This document shows positions 53,736-62,875 of a DNA stretch of 64,000 nt, piece after piece. The DNA is from a virus, in the IMG/VR virus record IMGVR_UViG_3300031772_000007, positions 1 to 64,000 of that record, one strand, 5' to 3'. The notes under the pieces were generated by a model. It did not search any database. It worked only from the letters and a program-made list of their open reading frames with translations, and was not told the origin of the DNA. Position numbers and translations under genes: made by a program. Each line of letters opens with the position of its first letter. Position 1 is the first letter of the stretch.

Positions 53736-54862
53736 TTCTGCGCCCTCCTCACCTCATCGTTGAAGTCGTTGGCAAAGCAGCCCCACTCCTTGTCCATCAT
53801 GATCACCTGTCCGGTCAGCCGGTAGTGGTTCATCTTGCGAGGACAGAGCCCCGGGTCCTTGGGGTTGTCCTCCAGCCGCAGGTGCTCCGGCAGGCATTCC
53901 TTCCGCGCGTCCCAGAACAGATGCAACCGTTCCCCCCATGCCTCCTCGGTCTTCTTCAGCCGGAGGTAGAGCATGTCGTTGTAGACGTTCGGGTAGCGTC
54001 GGTTGACCCGGTGCCAGCCCTTGTACGTACAGAGGGTGCTCTCCATCGTGAAGTAGCCCACGTCCCGGTAGAAGCTCTCCCCCGCCGCGCGGACCTTCAT
54101 CTCCTCCAACAGCTCCGCCGCCTCCTTCTCCAGCCAGCGCAGGACCGCGGGGCTGTAGGTGCCGTCAAAGCTCGTATTGTCGTCGTGCCAGTCCAGGTCG
54201 TCCCGGCCCAACACCTTGCAGAGCCCATTCCGGTGACTCTTGCTGCCCTGCATGTCGTCGAGAAAGAGCTGATCGCAGTCGATCCTCACCCCGTTGATGC
54301 GTAGGTACTCCGCGTAGCTGAACGAACTCAACCGCCCGAAGTAGACGAAGAAGGTGTTGATCGCCTGCCAGAGCTGTCGGAAGTTGGTGCGCTCGTCCGC
54401 CGGGGTCAGCCGATTGAAGAACTCCTCTTGCGAGCGCCCGCCCAACAGCGTGACGTAGTTCTGAACGCAGGTGAGGAACTTGGTCTTAAAGTACCGCCGG
54501 TCGGTGTCGAACTCCAACCGCGTGTAGTTCTCCGCGAACCACCGCTTCATCCGGTCGAAGTCCACCCCCACGAGAGGGAATTCCCGGAAGATGAGCCAGC
54601 TCGTCGGCGGGTGCTGCGTGTTCCCGTTGATGAAGGCGAACCACAGCCGTTGCTCCGTGCTCCACCCCAGCCGGTCTGCCAGGTAGGGAAGAACGTAATA
54701 CACCCCCCCTGGATGAGAACGGTAGCGAAGGTGAAACTCCCAGAACCGAAGGAAGACCTCCCGGCGGTAGCGGGACTCACGGAAGTCCGTGCCCACGCGG
54801 AGCGCCGTCTCCTCTGTCTGCCTGTGGAGGGCGCAGTAGCGCCCCGGTTCCGCCGTCTTCAT
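53732..54862 (-). CDS. aGPT-Pplase2 (amino acid:DNA transferase, thymidine hypermodification)
   Basis: YRREVFLRF..FHL.YRSHPG.VY, FDTDRRY, FGRLS.FSY.EYL, GSKSHRNGL, ESTLCTYK, RRYPNVY.DM. Confidence 0.85.
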   Translation of the reverse strand: MKTAEPGRYCALHRQTEETALRVGTDFRESRYRREVFLRFWEFHLRYRSHPGGVYYVLPYLADRLGWSTEQRLWFAFINGNTQHPPTSWLIFREFPLVGVDFDRMKRWFAENYTRLEFDTDRRYFKTKFLTCVQNYVTLLGGRSQEEFFNRLTPADERTNFRQLWQAINTFFVYFGRLSSFSYAEYLRINGVRIDCDQLFLDDMQGSKSHRNGLCKVLGRDDLDWHDDNTSFDGTYSPAVLRWLEKEAAELLEEMKVRAAGESFYRDVGYFTMESTLCTYKGWHRVNRRYPNVYNDMLYLRLKKTEEAWGERLHLFWDARKECLPEHLRLEDNPKDPGLCPRKMNHYRLTGQVIMMDKEWGCFANDFNDEVRRAQK

Positions 54863-55902
54863 GGTTCCCCCAAGGCTCCTCGCATCGCGGCGAGCGTCGG
54901 GCGCGACCCGACAATCCAGAACAGCGCCTTCCCGCTCCCCCAGAAGTGGACGAACTCCTTGGCGTGCTTCCGCAGGTACGTCATCACCTTGCCCTCGTAG
55001 GTGGGGTGGAAGTCGATGCCGCCGTAGGTGAAGGGCATCTCGTCCTGATAGCTGGCGAAGTGCGTCGCATGCAAGTCGTAGTGAACCAGCCGGTAGGGAG
55101 CGCGCTTCGTCGGTTGGAAGCTCGCCGCCTGATCCGGGTCGTTCTTGTAGTCCCGGTTGAACAACGCCCGAATCTGGATGCCCGAGAACTGCTCGATGGC
55201 GCGAAGCCGGTCCTCAATCCAGACCAGCTTCGTCGGCCCTACTCCAAACAGGACGACCTCCCGAAGCCGCGGGGGCAGCCTGCGCGCGATGCCGTACAGC
55301 ACCGAGACACAGCTATTGCAGCTCCCCGCGGGCATGTAGATGGCCTCCACGTCATCCGGGATGTTGAGAACCTGCTCGCTTCCGAGTCGGTGGAAGGCGT
55401 CAATCTCCGCAGGGTCGTCGTCCACCGTGATGCCGTACTTCAAGACGTAGTGCCCGGGGTGCTCCTTAGCCAGCTCCGCCACCGCCCGTTGCAGCGCCGG
55501 ATTGTAGGCCACCGGGTTGTACCTAAAGCGGGCTCCGAGCGCCCGAGCGATGGCGACGTTCTCATGCTTCCCCGCCGCCTTTTCCGTCGTCGCACCGATG
55601 ACCAACAGCGTCTCCAACCCAAAGTGCCGAGCAACCGCGGTGCCCATGCAGAGTTGCGGGCTCTTGACGCTCGCCCCGGAGAGCAACCCCTTCGCCCCCG
55701 CCGCCGCTGCCCGGCTCACAAGCCAGATGCACTGGCGGAGCTTCGCCCCGTTGATGCCTCCGTACCCGAGAGGCGCGAAGCGGTCCTCCCGCTTGAACCG
55801 GATCGCCCCCATTTCCTCCACCGGGGTCCGGGTAAGCAGGTGCTTCTCCCACCGCGACTGCTCCCGGTCCAAGCTCAACGTGTCGAAGACGGACCCTCTC
55901 AC
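54859..55902 (-). CDS. PLP-dependent enzyme (fold type II), putative decarboxylase for the modified base
   Basis: TPVE..FKRED.F.P.G.GGING.KLRQ; SPQ; PAGS.NS; FHPTYEGK. Confidence 0.85.
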   Translation of the reverse strand: MRGSVFDTLSLDREQSRWEKHLLTRTPVEEMGAIRFKREDRFAPLGYGGINGAKLRQCIWLVSRAAAAGAKGLLSGASVKSPQLCMGTAVARHFGLETLLVIGATTEKAAGKHENVAIARALGARFRYNPVAYNPALQRAVAELAKEHPGHYVLKYGITVDDDPAEIDAFHRLGSEQVLNIPDDVEAIYMPAGSCNSCVSVLYGIARRLPPRLREVVLFGVGPTKLVWIEDRLRAIEQFSGIQIRALFNRDYKNDPDQAASFQPTKRAPYRLVHYDLHATHFASYQDEMPFTYGGIDFHPTYEGKVMTYLRKHAKEFVHFWGSGKALFWIVGSRPTLAAMRGALGEP

Positions 55903-56171
55903 TTTCGCAGCTCCGCGTCGCGCACTCCACGAACCCCCAAGGACAGCAACGCCCTCCACACCTTCATCCTGCCCCACCGCTCCTCGTTGGTGATGGCGTA
56001 CCAGGCACCCCCACGGGGACCGAGGGGCTTGTAGGTGATCGCCCCGATGGAGAGCCCCTTCTTGATCATCGTGTACGAGAGACAGGGAACGTCATACCAC
56101 TCCTGCGCGGGGCGGTAGTTCCCCACCCCGAACTGCTTCAGAATGGCGTCGAAGTCGGGCTCGTACTCCAT
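55899..56171 (-). CDS. hypothetical protein
   Basis: 90 aa; coupled to genes on both sides. Confidence 0.55.
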   Translation of the reverse strand: MEYEPDFDAILKQFGVGNYRPAQEWYDVPCLSYTMIKKGLSIGAITYKPLGPRGGAWYAITNEERWGRMKVWRALLSLGVRGVRDAELRK

Positions 56172-57787
56172 CAGGCCACTTCCACCCGTCCTTCAGCCAC
56201 CTTCCACCGCTGCACGCACGGAACCCGCGCCGCCAGCTCCTCGTTGTGCGTGATGATGACGACCGCTCGTTCCCGGGCCAGATCGTCGAGCACACCCACA
56301 ACCGCCTCGATTCCAGCCGAGTCGAGCCCGTCCAGAATTTCGTCAAGGAACAGGGTTCCCCGCCCCGCGAAGGCAAGAAGTAGGGCCAGGTCTATCCTCC
56401 TCCGCTCCCCCGCAGAAGTGGCCTTGTAGCCGTAGCCACCGCCAGCTCCCTGCACCTGCAAACTGATGGCGTCCGACACCCCGCCAGTCTTCTTCTCGGA
56501 GTACGGCTTCAGCTCCAGCTTGAGCCCCTTCCCCGCGAGCCGCGGGAGCCAGGCGTTCGCCGCCGCCTCCAGCCCCCCAAGCAGCTTCGCCAGGATGCCA
56601 GCCCGCGCCCCGCGGAGCCCCAACACCATCTCCGCCGCCTTCAACACCTCAACCTCGTGCTCCTGCTTCGCCCGCGCTGCTTCCGCCTTGGCGATGTTGT
56701 CGGCGCAGACCTCCTCCGCCTTAGCCGCCAGCACCCGTACCTTCTCGGTGTTCGCCCTGAGAGCCGCCGAACGTTCGATGTTCCCCAGCTCCGCGTCGAG
56801 CGCCGTGGCCTTCTCCCGGAGCTTGCGGAGGGCTTCCTGTACGTCCCGCGCCTCGTCCCGGGTGTCCGACACCGCCTCGTTCGCCTGCGCCTGCTCTGCG
56901 CGGGTGTCGGTCTGAATCTTCTGGATCTGCTCCTTCAGCCCCTTCCGCAGTTCCTCCGGCACAGCCTGCCCGCAAGAGTCGCAGATGCCTGACTCCCCCA
57001 GCCGGTTGAGCCGCCGGGTCAACGCCGCCAGCTCCCGCTCCGCGCCGCCCGTGTTGACGCTGTGCTTGGCGATCTCGTCTTGGAGCGACGCCAGCTCGGT
57101 GTCCCCCTTCCTGATGTGCTCCCGTAGGTGGTCCCGCCGCTGCTTCAGCGCCCCCACCGCTTCCTCGGTCCCCATCGGCATCCCCGCGAGCGCCTGCTTC
57201 GCATCTTGCTGCCGCTGCCGCGCGTGCTCGATCTCCACCTCCGCTATGCGCTTTCGGTTCGCCGCGTCACCCAACTCCCGCTCCGCGGTGTGGAGCTGCG
57301 CCCGGCATTTCTCCAGCGCGGCATCAAAGCGACCAAGCCCCAACATCGACTCCAAGAACAGCTTGCGCTCCTTGTCGGTGGCCTGCGTGAAGTGCGCCGC
57401 GTCCGCCGAGCTGAAGACGTGAGTGCGCCTCCAAATCTCGAACGAGCCGATGATCTCCTCCAGCGCCTCCTGCGCCTTGGTCGTCGTCTCGTAGTCGCGC
57501 CCCTTCCCTTCGTAGGTGAAGGTCAGCGCGGTCTTGGCTCCCTTGCGCTCCCGCCGAGCCACCAGAGCCCCCGCGGTGAACTCCGCAAAGCCCTTCAGCG
57601 AGTCGATGGCGAACGGGAGGACGCCCCGAAGCGTCTCACCCCATCCTGGGTACGCCACCCCCTCGATGATGCTCGACTTGCCCGAGCCATTCGGCCCCAC
57701 AACCAAAACAACTCCTCTCTTGGGAAAGGCCAGCTCCGTCTTCTCGTGCGTCGTGAAATTCACCAGCTTGAGTGTCCCGAGATCCAT
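56171..57787 (-). CDS. sbcC: SbcC/Rad50-like ATPase (gp46-like)
   Basis: GPNGSGKSS, coiled coil with CDSC zinc hook, SAGERRR signature, LFLDE, ITH. Confidence 0.93.
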   Translation of the reverse strand: MDLGTLKLVNFTTHEKTELAFPKRGVVLVVGPNGSGKSSIIEGVAYPGWGETLRGVLPFAIDSLKGFAEFTAGALVARRERKGAKTALTFTYEGKGRDYETTTKAQEALEEIIGSFEIWRRTHVFSSADAAHFTQATDKERKLFLESMLGLGRFDAALEKCRAQLHTAERELGDAANRKRIAEVEIEHARQRQQDAKQALAGMPMGTEEAVGALKQRRDHLREHIRKGDTELASLQDEIAKHSVNTGGAERELAALTRRLNRLGESGICDSCGQAVPEELRKGLKEQIQKIQTDTRAEQAQANEAVSDTRDEARDVQEALRKLREKATALDAELGNIERSAALRANTEKVRVLAAKAEEVCADNIAKAEAARAKQEHEVEVLKAAEMVLGLRGARAGILAKLLGGLEAAANAWLPRLAGKGLKLELKPYSEKKTGGVSDAISLQVQGAGGGYGYKATSAGERRRIDLALLLAFAGRGTLFLDEILDGLDSAGIEAVVGVLDDLARERAVVIITHNEELAARVPCVQRWKVAEGRVEVA

Positions 57788-58000
57788 CTACTCGCCCTCC
57801 CCGAGCATCTGCTCCAGCGCCAACGCAACCTCCGCATGGGCATCCGCCCCTGTGTATTCAACAGAGCGCAATTGCTTTACTGCGTCCCAAGCTGTATCCA
57901 GCATCTCCGGCAAATGCCGCCTGACATTTCGATTCGCCGCTGCGAACGCCGCCGCCCAGACCATCTGCTCGCCCCTCGACATCTTCTTCCATGCACTCAT
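57788..58000 (-). CDS. hypothetical protein
   Basis: MSAWKKMSRGEQMVWAAAFAA...; ATGA coupling. Confidence 0.5.
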   Translation of the reverse strand: MSAWKKMSRGEQMVWAAAFAAANRNVRRHLPEMLDTAWDAVKQLRSVEYTGADAHAEVALALEQMLGEGE

Positions 58001-58224
58001 GGCCGGTCCCACCCCACTCGCTTGCTCGCTGCCGCCGGGTTGTCCGCGGGACCTCCCAGCCGTTCCGTCGCATCCATCGCCTGCTCCTTCTCGCGCATCC
58101 GCTTCAGGTAGTAGTCCCCGACCCCGCCTTGAAAGAGGGGATCTCCCATCGGCGCGAACCTCCAGCGCCGAAGCAGCTCCTCGTAGGAAGCGTTATCGAT
58201 CCACTGCTTCGTCGCGGCATCCAT
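57997..58224 (-). CDS. small protein with DAxxRLGG tag
   Basis: WIDNASYEELLRRWRFAP.GDP.FQG..G.YY domain plus MDATERLGG. Confidence 0.65.
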   Translation of the reverse strand: MDAATKQWIDNASYEELLRRWRFAPMGDPLFQGGVGDYYLKRMREKEQAMDATERLGGPADNPAAASKRVGWDRP

Positions 58225-58882
58225 CGTTCCAGACCTCCTCCTCCACCGGGGGTGCCGGTGGGAAGCCCTCCCTCTGAATCCAGATCAGCTTGAAGCCCTG
58301 CTCCCGAAGCCGCCCCAGCAACTTCGAGTAGGCGTGCTCCGCGTAAATCCACCAGACCTTCGCCTCCGGCCACCAGCCCGTGCGGACCAGAGACTCCTTC
58401 GCCGGGGTGTGCCCCCAGATGGCGTTGAACTGCTCCTTGAGCCTGTCCTTCATGTCGAAGTGCGTGCGGAAGGCCAGCGCCAGCCCCGGACACGAACGGT
58501 CCGGGACGAACGCCCAGAAGGCGTAGGCGGTCCGCTTCAACGGCTTCACGAAGGGAAGGTCCGCAGGGCTGTCCTCCGCCCCGAGCGCGACAGCCCCCAC
58601 CCGCGCGCTGTTCTCCTGCGCGTGGTCCAGCACCGCCCGGTAGATGCGCTCCATCAGCCTGCGCGCTTCTCGGTGCTCCAGGGGTTGCGCCAGCTCCAGG
58701 TACACCGTGTACGCGCTCTTGCCCGCCGCCGGGTAGTTCGTCCCCGCCGCGCACACCGCGCCACCAGGAAGACCATCGACCTTCAGCGCGTACATCGGAA
58801 CCCCAAGCTCCCAGCGAGCGATGCGCTTCTCCCTCGGGTCCTTGCGATTCCCGCGCGGGATGTCGCCGATGTCGTAAGGCAT
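58193..58882 (-). CDS. hypothetical protein
   Basis: 229 aa; GGAG RBS. Confidence 0.55.
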   Translation of the reverse strand: MPYDIGDIPRGNRKDPREKRIARWELGVPMYALKVDGLPGGAVCAAGTNYPAAGKSAYTVYLELAQPLEHREARRLMERIYRAVLDHAQENSARVGAVALGAEDSPADLPFVKPLKRTAYAFWAFVPDRSCPGLALAFRTHFDMKDRLKEQFNAIWGHTPAKESLVRTGWWPEAKVWWIYAEHAYSKLLGRLREQGFKLIWIQREGFPPAPPVEEEVWNDGCRDEAVDR

Positions 58883-58887
58883 GGCTC

Positions 58888-59526
58888 CTACCCCGCCCGG
58901 TGCTCACGAGCCGCCGCCACCGCTGCGTTGATCTGCGCCGCCGTCTCCTCCTGCGTCCCCCGGGCGTTCACCACCACCCATCGAGTGGGCTCCACCGCAC
59001 GCTGCCGGTCCCACAGCTCCCGATAGAACCCAGCCACTTGCGGCATGAAGCTCGCCGCCTTCTCGTAACGGTCCCGGCGGTCCGGTCGGCGCTCCGCAGA
59101 GTCCTTCTCGTCCACGTCGAGCAGGATGAACAAGTCCGGCTGCGGGAGCCATCGGTGCAACCCGATCAGGTAATCCCCGTCGAGCCCGTCCGCCCGCCCG
59201 TAGGCATAGCCGCTCGGCCAGTAGCGATCCAGCACCACGTTCCCGCGAGATGCCACCTCGAACAGCTCGGTGGCGACCTCCATCCGATTGGCGACCTGGA
59301 GAGCCTGAAACACGAGAGGGTCCAGCAGATTTCCGTACTGCGCCGACCACTCCCCCAATTTCGCCGGTTGCGCCCGCCAAAGCCTATCGAGGTGCGCGTA
59401 GATGAGCTTCCCAGTGATGGTTTCCTTGTTCGGGAACTTCCAGACCCGCGCGCCCATGCGCTTCGCCAGCAGCTCGGTGTGCGTCCCCTTGCCGCAGGCG
59501 TCGATGCCCTCAAGACAGATGATCAC
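58888..59526 (-). CDS. tmk: thymidylate / dNMP kinase
   Basis: IICLEGIDACGKGT, VVLDRYWPSG.AY, PQPDL..LLDV, RYE. Confidence 0.92.
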   Translation of the reverse strand: MIICLEGIDACGKGTHTELLAKRMGARVWKFPNKETITGKLIYAHLDRLWRAQPAKLGEWSAQYGNLLDPLVFQALQVANRMEVATELFEVASRGNVVLDRYWPSGYAYGRADGLDGDYLIGLHRWLPQPDLFILLDVDEKDSAERRPDRRDRYEKAASFMPQVAGFYRELWDRQRAVEPTRWVVVNARGTQEETAAQINAAVAAAREHRAG

Positions 59527-59543
59527 CTTCCCACCCTCCCCCT

Positions 59544-59858
59544 CTACGAGCGAAGCTCGCGTAAGTCGAATACCCCTGCCAAGTCCTTCTCCTGCTTCAT
59601 GATGAGGCGCGCGTACCGGCTCGGGTAGTTGTTGCACAGCTTGAACTCGCTGCCGTCGTCGGTCGTCTCCAACCACACGTTCCAGCGCAAGACCTCCCAG
59701 AGCATCTTGATACCGACCTTCCTCTTGCCCTTGCACACCGCCGCCCGGGCGAGCCTCACCAGCTCGTCGTAGACGTTTGGGTTCTCCCCGTGGAACTTCA
59801 GGAACGATCTCTGGATCTTCGAGGTGGGCTCCTCGAACAGTGGCAGTTGCGTCGTCAT
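59544..59858 (-). CDS. conserved phage protein
   Basis: F.KFH..NP.VY...WE.LRW...FKL.NN....YARL.M pattern. Confidence 0.7.
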   Translation of the reverse strand: MTTQLPLFEEPTSKIQRSFLKFHGENPNVYDELVRLARAAVCKGKRKVGIKMLWEVLRWNVWLETTDDGSEFKLCNNYPSRYARLIMKQEKDLAGVFDLRELRS

Positions 59859-60964
59859 GCCGCCCCCCCAAGTAGCTGCGTCACCCGCTCCTTGACCTCT
59901 GGGCGCAGAGCCTCGTTCTCCAGGGGCATCTGCGCGATGTAGTCGGACACCGCCTGCTCCGCCGTCTCCGCACTCCGCGTCACCCCCGCCGCCGTCCGCA
60001 GAGCCACCTCCGCCTCGGTCGTGTCCGGCACCACCTCGCCCACCACCCCCAACCGCTCCGCCAGCGCCTCCAGCTTCCCCTGCGCCGCCGCCACCGCCGT
60101 CGGCGTTCCGTCTGCCTTCAGCCGGAGGAACAGCTTGCACCCCTCGGGTGCCTTCAACACCTCCTCCTCGGTGGTGACGAACCGCGGACCGGAGATGGCC
60201 TTCTTCGTCCAGTTCCCCCTCTTGGAGTCCCAAACGAGAATGGTCCCGTATCCCTCCAACCCCGGGTTGCGCCAGTCGGTCGGCACGAGCGCCCCGATCT
60301 GCACGAGGTCCACCCCCTGCACCCCGTCGTGCCCCGACCAGCTCCGGTGAGGGTGCCAGTGCCCCGCCACCACCAGAGCGATGCCCAAAGAGGAACACTG
60401 CCCCGCTACGCTGTCCAGCGTCACCGCGTCCGAGGAACCCTTCAACCAAGGTGGCGTCGCCCCGTCTTGAAGACCAAGGTGTAGCGCAAGAACTCTCGGC
60501 GTAGGAGCCCCGTCCGTCGTGCCCCGAAGATCGTTCACAACCCGCGGGAGCCAGTCCTCCGCCTTCCCCGTGCGAAACGGAACCGCCCAGACCTCCCCGC
60601 CATCGACGTAGTACCGAAGCGGCTGGTCGAGAACGTGCGCCACCGGCACCAACGGTCCCAGTGCGTTGTCCCCCTCGGCGTCGCTCGTCATGTCGTGATT
60701 GCCCGAGAGGATGTACGTCGTCACCTTCTCCGCGTACCGGGCGATGATCTCCTGCACCGCCCGGATGACCTGCGGCTCGGGACGGGAGGAGTCGAACAGG
60801 TCCCCGCAGATGAACAGCGCGCCGCAGTCCTTGCTGATCTCCTCGTAGGCGCGCTTCAGGGCATCGAGCGTTAGGCGGCAACGGTCGTTGATGCCCGCCT
60901 TCGTCTGCCCGCCGTAGAGCTTCGAGTTCCCGATGTGACAGTCCGCTATGAAGGCAACGCGCAT
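59855..60964 (-). CDS. sbcD: SbcD/Mre11-like nuclease (gp47-like)
   Basis: AD.H, GDLFD, GNHD, GHWH metallophosphoesterase motifs. Confidence 0.92.
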   Translation of the reverse strand: MRVAFIADCHIGNSKLYGGQTKAGINDRCRLTLDALKRAYEEISKDCGALFICGDLFDSSRPEPQVIRAVQEIIARYAEKVTTYILSGNHDMTSDAEGDNALGPLVPVAHVLDQPLRYYVDGGEVWAVPFRTGKAEDWLPRVVNDLRGTTDGAPTPRVLALHLGLQDGATPPWLKGSSDAVTLDSVAGQCSSLGIALVVAGHWHPHRSWSGHDGVQGVDLVQIGALVPTDWRNPGLEGYGTILVWDSKRGNWTKKAISGPRFVTTEEEVLKAPEGCKLFLRLKADGTPTAVAAAQGKLEALAERLGVVGEVVPDTTEAEVALRTAAGVTRSAETAEQAVSDYIAQMPLENEALRPEVKERVTQLLGGAA

Positions 60965-61941
60965 GGTTCCTTCTCCTTCTTGCCGGTGATCTTCCCTTCC
61001 ATCACCGAGTCCTCCCCCTTCGGATCGGTGTCCGCCCACCCCAGCGCCTTCAGAGCCTCGGCGTGCCCCTTGTCGGTCGCCTTCGTACCCGCAGGTATCA
61101 GCTCGCGGTCCTTGGCGTGGTTCACCGTCGTCCAGCGGTCGTCCCACCCGCCCGCAACATGGAGGCGAGTGTCCAACTCGTGCTGCGCCTCCGCCACCTT
61201 GTTCTTCACGCACTTCATGTGAACCCCGATGAAGCTCCCATCCCTCTTGTCCGGGCGCATCCTCACGCGGACCGAGGAGTAGAACTTGATGGCGTTGCCC
61301 CCGGGGGTCGTCTCCGGGTTCCCGTAGACCACCCCGATCTTCATCCGTGTCTGGTTCACGAACATCATGTGCGCCCGCTTCTTCGGAAGGATCTTCACGA
61401 GGTACGTGCAGAGCTTCGAGTAGAACCTTGCCCGGATGCCCATGTATTCGTCTCCGGGGTCGCCCTCCAGCTCCTCCCTCGTTGGCAGAGCAGGTACCGA
61501 GTCGAGAACGATGAGCGTCGGAGGTCCATCGTCCGGCAACGACTTCAAGAACTGGATGAGCATGTTGCCTCCTTCCTGGAGATTCGGCGGGTCCAGCGCC
61601 AGCACCTCGTCCGGATCCACCCCGAAGGTCCGCGCCCGCGTCTCCGTGAAGGCGTGCTCCGCGTCGATGAGCGCGAAGATGCCCTTCATCTTCTGCACCG
61701 CCGCCCCTGCCGAAGCGACCAGACTGCTCTTGCCCGAGGACTCCGGCCCGAACCACTCGCTCATTCGACCGATGGGGAGCCCACCGACCCCGAGCAGGTG
61801 ATGGTCCACCGCCACAATGCCTGTGGGGATGGCCTCCTTCACGTCCGCGCCGCCGCCCCCCGAGAGGGTTGCGATGGAGCCCGCCCCATACTTCTTCTCG
61901 ATGCCCGCCTGAATCTTCGCCAGCAGTTGCAGCCTGTCCAT
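60946..61941 (-). CDS. recA: RecA/UvsX-like recombinase
   Basis: GPESSGKS, IDAEHA, IVLDSV, NQ.RMKIGVVYGNPETTPGGNA.KFY.S.R, KNKVA. Confidence 0.96.
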   Translation of the reverse strand: MDRLQLLAKIQAGIEKKYGAGSIATLSGGGGADVKEAIPTGIVAVDHHLLGVGGLPIGRMSEWFGPESSGKSSLVASAGAAVQKMKGIFALIDAEHAFTETRARTFGVDPDEVLALDPPNLQEGGNMLIQFLKSLPDDGPPTLIVLDSVPALPTREELEGDPGDEYMGIRARFYSKLCTYLVKILPKKRAHMMFVNQTRMKIGVVYGNPETTPGGNAIKFYSSVRVRMRPDKRDGSFIGVHMKCVKNKVAEAQHELDTRLHVAGGWDDRWTTVNHAKDRELIPAGTKATDKGHAEALKALGWADTDPKGEDSVMEGKITGKKEKEPCALPS

Positions 61942-61956
61942 GCGCTCCCCTCCGGT

Positions 61957-61995
61957 GGAAAAACCGGAGATCGGCCAGCTTCGACCGATCTCCGG
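61957..61995 (-). terminator. rho-independent terminator between SSB and recA
   Basis: 11-bp stem CCGGAGATCGG/CCGATCTCCGG followed by TTTTT on the minus strand. Confidence 0.7.
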
Positions 61996-62011
61996 TACTA
62001 CCCCCCTGCAC

Positions 62012-62797
62012 CTAGTAGTCGAAGTCCCCACCAGCCTCGCCGGACTTCGCCTTCCCACCACCCCGCGGCGTCACATCCTTCTCTCGCCGCTTCCCGCCGC
62101 CCGTCTTGTCCTCCCACTCGCCCTCCAGAGCCGCATCCTGATCCTCATCCGAGGGCGGTCCCTCCACCGCTTCCAGGTCCATCTGCGTCGGCATCAACTC
62201 CACCGCGCCCGGCAACGGCGACGGCTGCCGCGCCACCGCCACAGGGTCGTACTCGGTGTCGTTCGGTCCGGTCCCAGTGCGGTTGAACACGATGTTGTAG
62301 CCGCTCTGCGGATCGGTGAACACCTTGCCCACCTCGGCGATGTCGATGGCCTTGCGGACCTTCTTGAACAACCCCTGCGGAATGGTCCAGAGCTGAACCC
62401 CCTTCTCCGGGTTCTGCATGTCCACGATGTTCGCGTAGACGTGCGCGCTCGGCTCGAACGCCCGAGCCTTCTTCAAGTCCAGCTTGTTCCCCGAAGACCG
62501 GAGCCGAGCTGCCCGCTCGCAGATGGGGCAATGCTCGTTATACTGGTACTTGACGCAGACGATGTTCTTCTTCTCCCCGCCCGCGGAGAAGAAGTGCTTG
62601 TACCAGATTTTCACCGGGGGCTTGCCCGCGATGGGGGGCATGAACCGGACGACGTTCTTGCCCTCCTTGGGCTTGAAGAAGTTGCCACCGCCCGCGGGGA
62701 GAGCCTTCTCCGCCTCCTCCATCATCGTGAGGTCGAACTCCCCGTACTGCACCATGCCCTGCTGTCCTACCTTCTCGATCTCATTGCCAGTTGCCAT
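62012..62797 (-). CDS. single-stranded DNA-binding protein (T4 gp32-like)
   Basis: FFK...G.N..RF.P, H, C...CPIC, YANIV, D...G.......G.G..T.Y; acidic tail. Confidence 0.8.
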   Translation of the reverse strand: MATGNEIEKVGQQGMVQYGEFDLTMMEEAEKALPAGGGNFFKPKEGKNVVRFMPPIAGKPPVKIWYKHFFSAGGEKKNIVCVKYQYNEHCPICERAARLRSSGNKLDLKKARAFEPSAHVYANIVDMQNPEKGVQLWTIPQGLFKKVRKAIDIAEVGKVFTDPQSGYNIVFNRTGTGPNDTEYDPVAVARQPSPLPGAVELMPTQMDLEAVEGPPSDEDQDAALEGEWEDKTGGGKRREKDVTPRGGGKAKSGEAGGDFDY

Positions 62798-62875
62798 CTG
62801 TCTTCTTCCTTCTGTCGTTGTGAGTGCCCCCGAACAGCGCCGGGGCTCGCGCCTGCTCGTCCACCGAGCAGAAGT

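Noticed and set aside
45568-58000. Weak tag-like strings WADLRRSGG (45568), MKAERVLAG (48976), WDAVKQLRS (57788)
   Set aside because: They deviate at the core R-L positions or lie mid-protein, so they were not counted as family members.
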